A stretch of 32,000 nt of DNA from Candidatus Saccharimonadota bacterium (GTDB lineage Bacteria > Patescibacteriota > Gracilibacteria > BD1-5 > UBA6164). The notes beneath the pieces were generated by a model. That model saw nothing but the letters and a program-made list of their open reading frames with translations. It had not been told where the DNA came from and did not search any database. The first letter of the stretch is position 1, and the number at the start of each line of letters is the position of its first letter. The translations under genes were made by a program, and so were the position numbers. This document shows, piece by piece, positions 30,953 to 32,000 of the stretch. Location: assembly GCA_965227835.1 (NCBI GenBank), contig OZ245768.1:1-32000 (forward strand). Reading direction: 5' to 3'.

Positions 30953-31033
30953 TTTTGGTCCTTTTTAGATGTGTTTTCTTTAAATTTAAAACATATCTAA
31001 ACTATTCATATTTTTTACATTTATTTTAATTTA

Positions 31034-31072
31034 TGCTAAAATTGTAAAATAAAGTTAATTTATGCTATAAAT
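31034..31072 (+). promoter_or_regulatory. Two tandem extended -10-like boxes (TGCTAAAAT, TGCTATAAAT)
   Basis: The repeated aatttatgcta(a/t)aa sequence lies upstream of ATG 31080. The second box ends 8 nt before the ATG, so a near-leaderless mRNA is possible. Confidence 0.3.
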
Positions 31073-31079
31073 TCAATAA

Positions 31080-32000
31080 ATGGTTGAAAAAATAGAAATA
31101 GGTGGAGGTTCTATTGAGTCAAATTCAAGCAATAGAGTTGACACTTCAGTTAAAAGCGATGTAGAAGGTATTTTATGAAATAAAAACGAAATAAATACTT
31201 GTCTTACAAGTTATAGATTAAATCAAAATTTAAATAAAAAAAATTTTGATTTAATTTTTGAATCATTTTTAGAAAAAGCAAAAAGTGATGATAATTTTGC
31301 AGAAAATATAGTCCCAGCATTAATAAATACCTGAAATATATCAGAAGAAAAACTGAACTCTAGCTTTGATTTAATTTTAAGAGAATCAAAAAATAGAGAT
31401 AGTTGGTCAAGATATATATTTCCAGTATTAATAAAAACCTGAAAGATATCAGAGGATAAATTAAACTCTAATTTTGAGTCAGTTCTACAAGAAGCAAAGC
31501 ATAATACATATTTAGCAATATATGTAGTACCAGAATTAATAAATACATGAAGAATATCGGAAGAAAAATTAAGATTTTTAGATAATTTTTTTGATTTTGC
31601 TTTAAAAGAAGCAAGAACTAATCAGGACTTTGCAATATATATAATTCCAGCACTAATAAATACCTGAAAGATACCAGAAGAAAAGTTAAACTCTATTTTT
31701 GAATCATCTTTAAAAGAAGCAAGAATTAATAAGGACTTTGCAATATATATAATTCCAGCATTACTAAAAACCTGAAAAATATCAGAAGAAAAATTAAAAC
31801 TTCTAGATGATTTTTTTGATTTTGTTTTAGAAGAAACAAAAACAGATTATTATTGGACAATCTATATAGTTCCAGTATTAATAAATACCTGAAAGATATC
31901 AGAAAAGAAATTAAATTCCATTTTTGAATCATCTTTGAAAGAAGCAAGAATTAATGAAGATTGGGCAAAATATATAATTCCAGTATTAATAAAAACCTGA
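31080..32000 (+). CDS. Tandem-repeat protein, 5' part (runs off the window)
   Basis: Table-25 ORF from ATG 31080. It has at least 7 repeats of the type ..F(E/D)xxL(K/E)EA(R/K)xNxD(F/W)AIYIIPALINTGKISEEKL... Confidence 0.75.
31290..32000 (+). repeat. Coding tandem repeats with mixed 108- and 117-bp periods
   Basis: The ccag(c/t)attaataaa(t/a)acctgaaa landmark recurs at 31314, 31422, 31530, 31647, 31755, 31872 and 31980. Confidence 0.85.

Noticed and set aside
31290-32000. Regularly spaced ~110-bp repeats as a CRISPR-like array
   Set aside because: The repeats are contiguous, imperfect and in frame within one long ORF, so they are protein tandem repeats. There are no short conserved repeat/unique spacer units and no cas genes.

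Overview
Strongly AT-rich bacterial chromosome fragment. It only makes sense if TGA is read as glycine (translation table 25), which points to Gracilibacteria/Absconditabacteria-type Patescibacteria. The supplied standard-code ORF track is therefore mostly fragments or antisense shadows, so I re-derived the genes by hand with only TAA/TAG as stops.

Read this way the window is densely coding. Left to right:
- a partial Gly-rich protein and an MFS-like transporter
- queA
- two orphan proteins
- a suf Fe-S operon on the minus strand (sufC, sufB, sufA, sufD, sufU-like), broken up by an IS30-family element and two opposite-strand small genes
- an orphan protein, a VirB2/TrbC-like pilin, an O-methyltransferase and an RluD-type pseudouridine synthase
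- ftsL and rsmH
- a 13.3-kb segment bracketed by two nearly identical 217-bp MITE-like elements in inverted orientation
- outside the right MITE copy, a tandem-repeat protein that runs off the window end.

That bracketed segment holds a sugar-phosphate isomerase-like gene, a membrane protein, folD, an LPXTG-like surface protein, radA, a 5-kb accessory cassette, an internally deleted IS remnant, rpmG, and an orphan ilvB. The cassette holds three orphan genes and an intact IS982-family element and is flanked by 111/112-bp direct repeats. ilvB is preceded by a Val/Ile/Leu-rich mini-ORF and a strong terminator.

I saw no rRNA, tRNA or CRISPR array. The best candidate for something new is the three-gene cassette at 22984-26782. 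Its 849-aa protein has a peptidoglycan-binding-like motif, a Gly-rich hydrophobic block and coiled coils. All coordinates come from manual translation; CDS lengths were checked to be multiples of three, but start codons are provisional.
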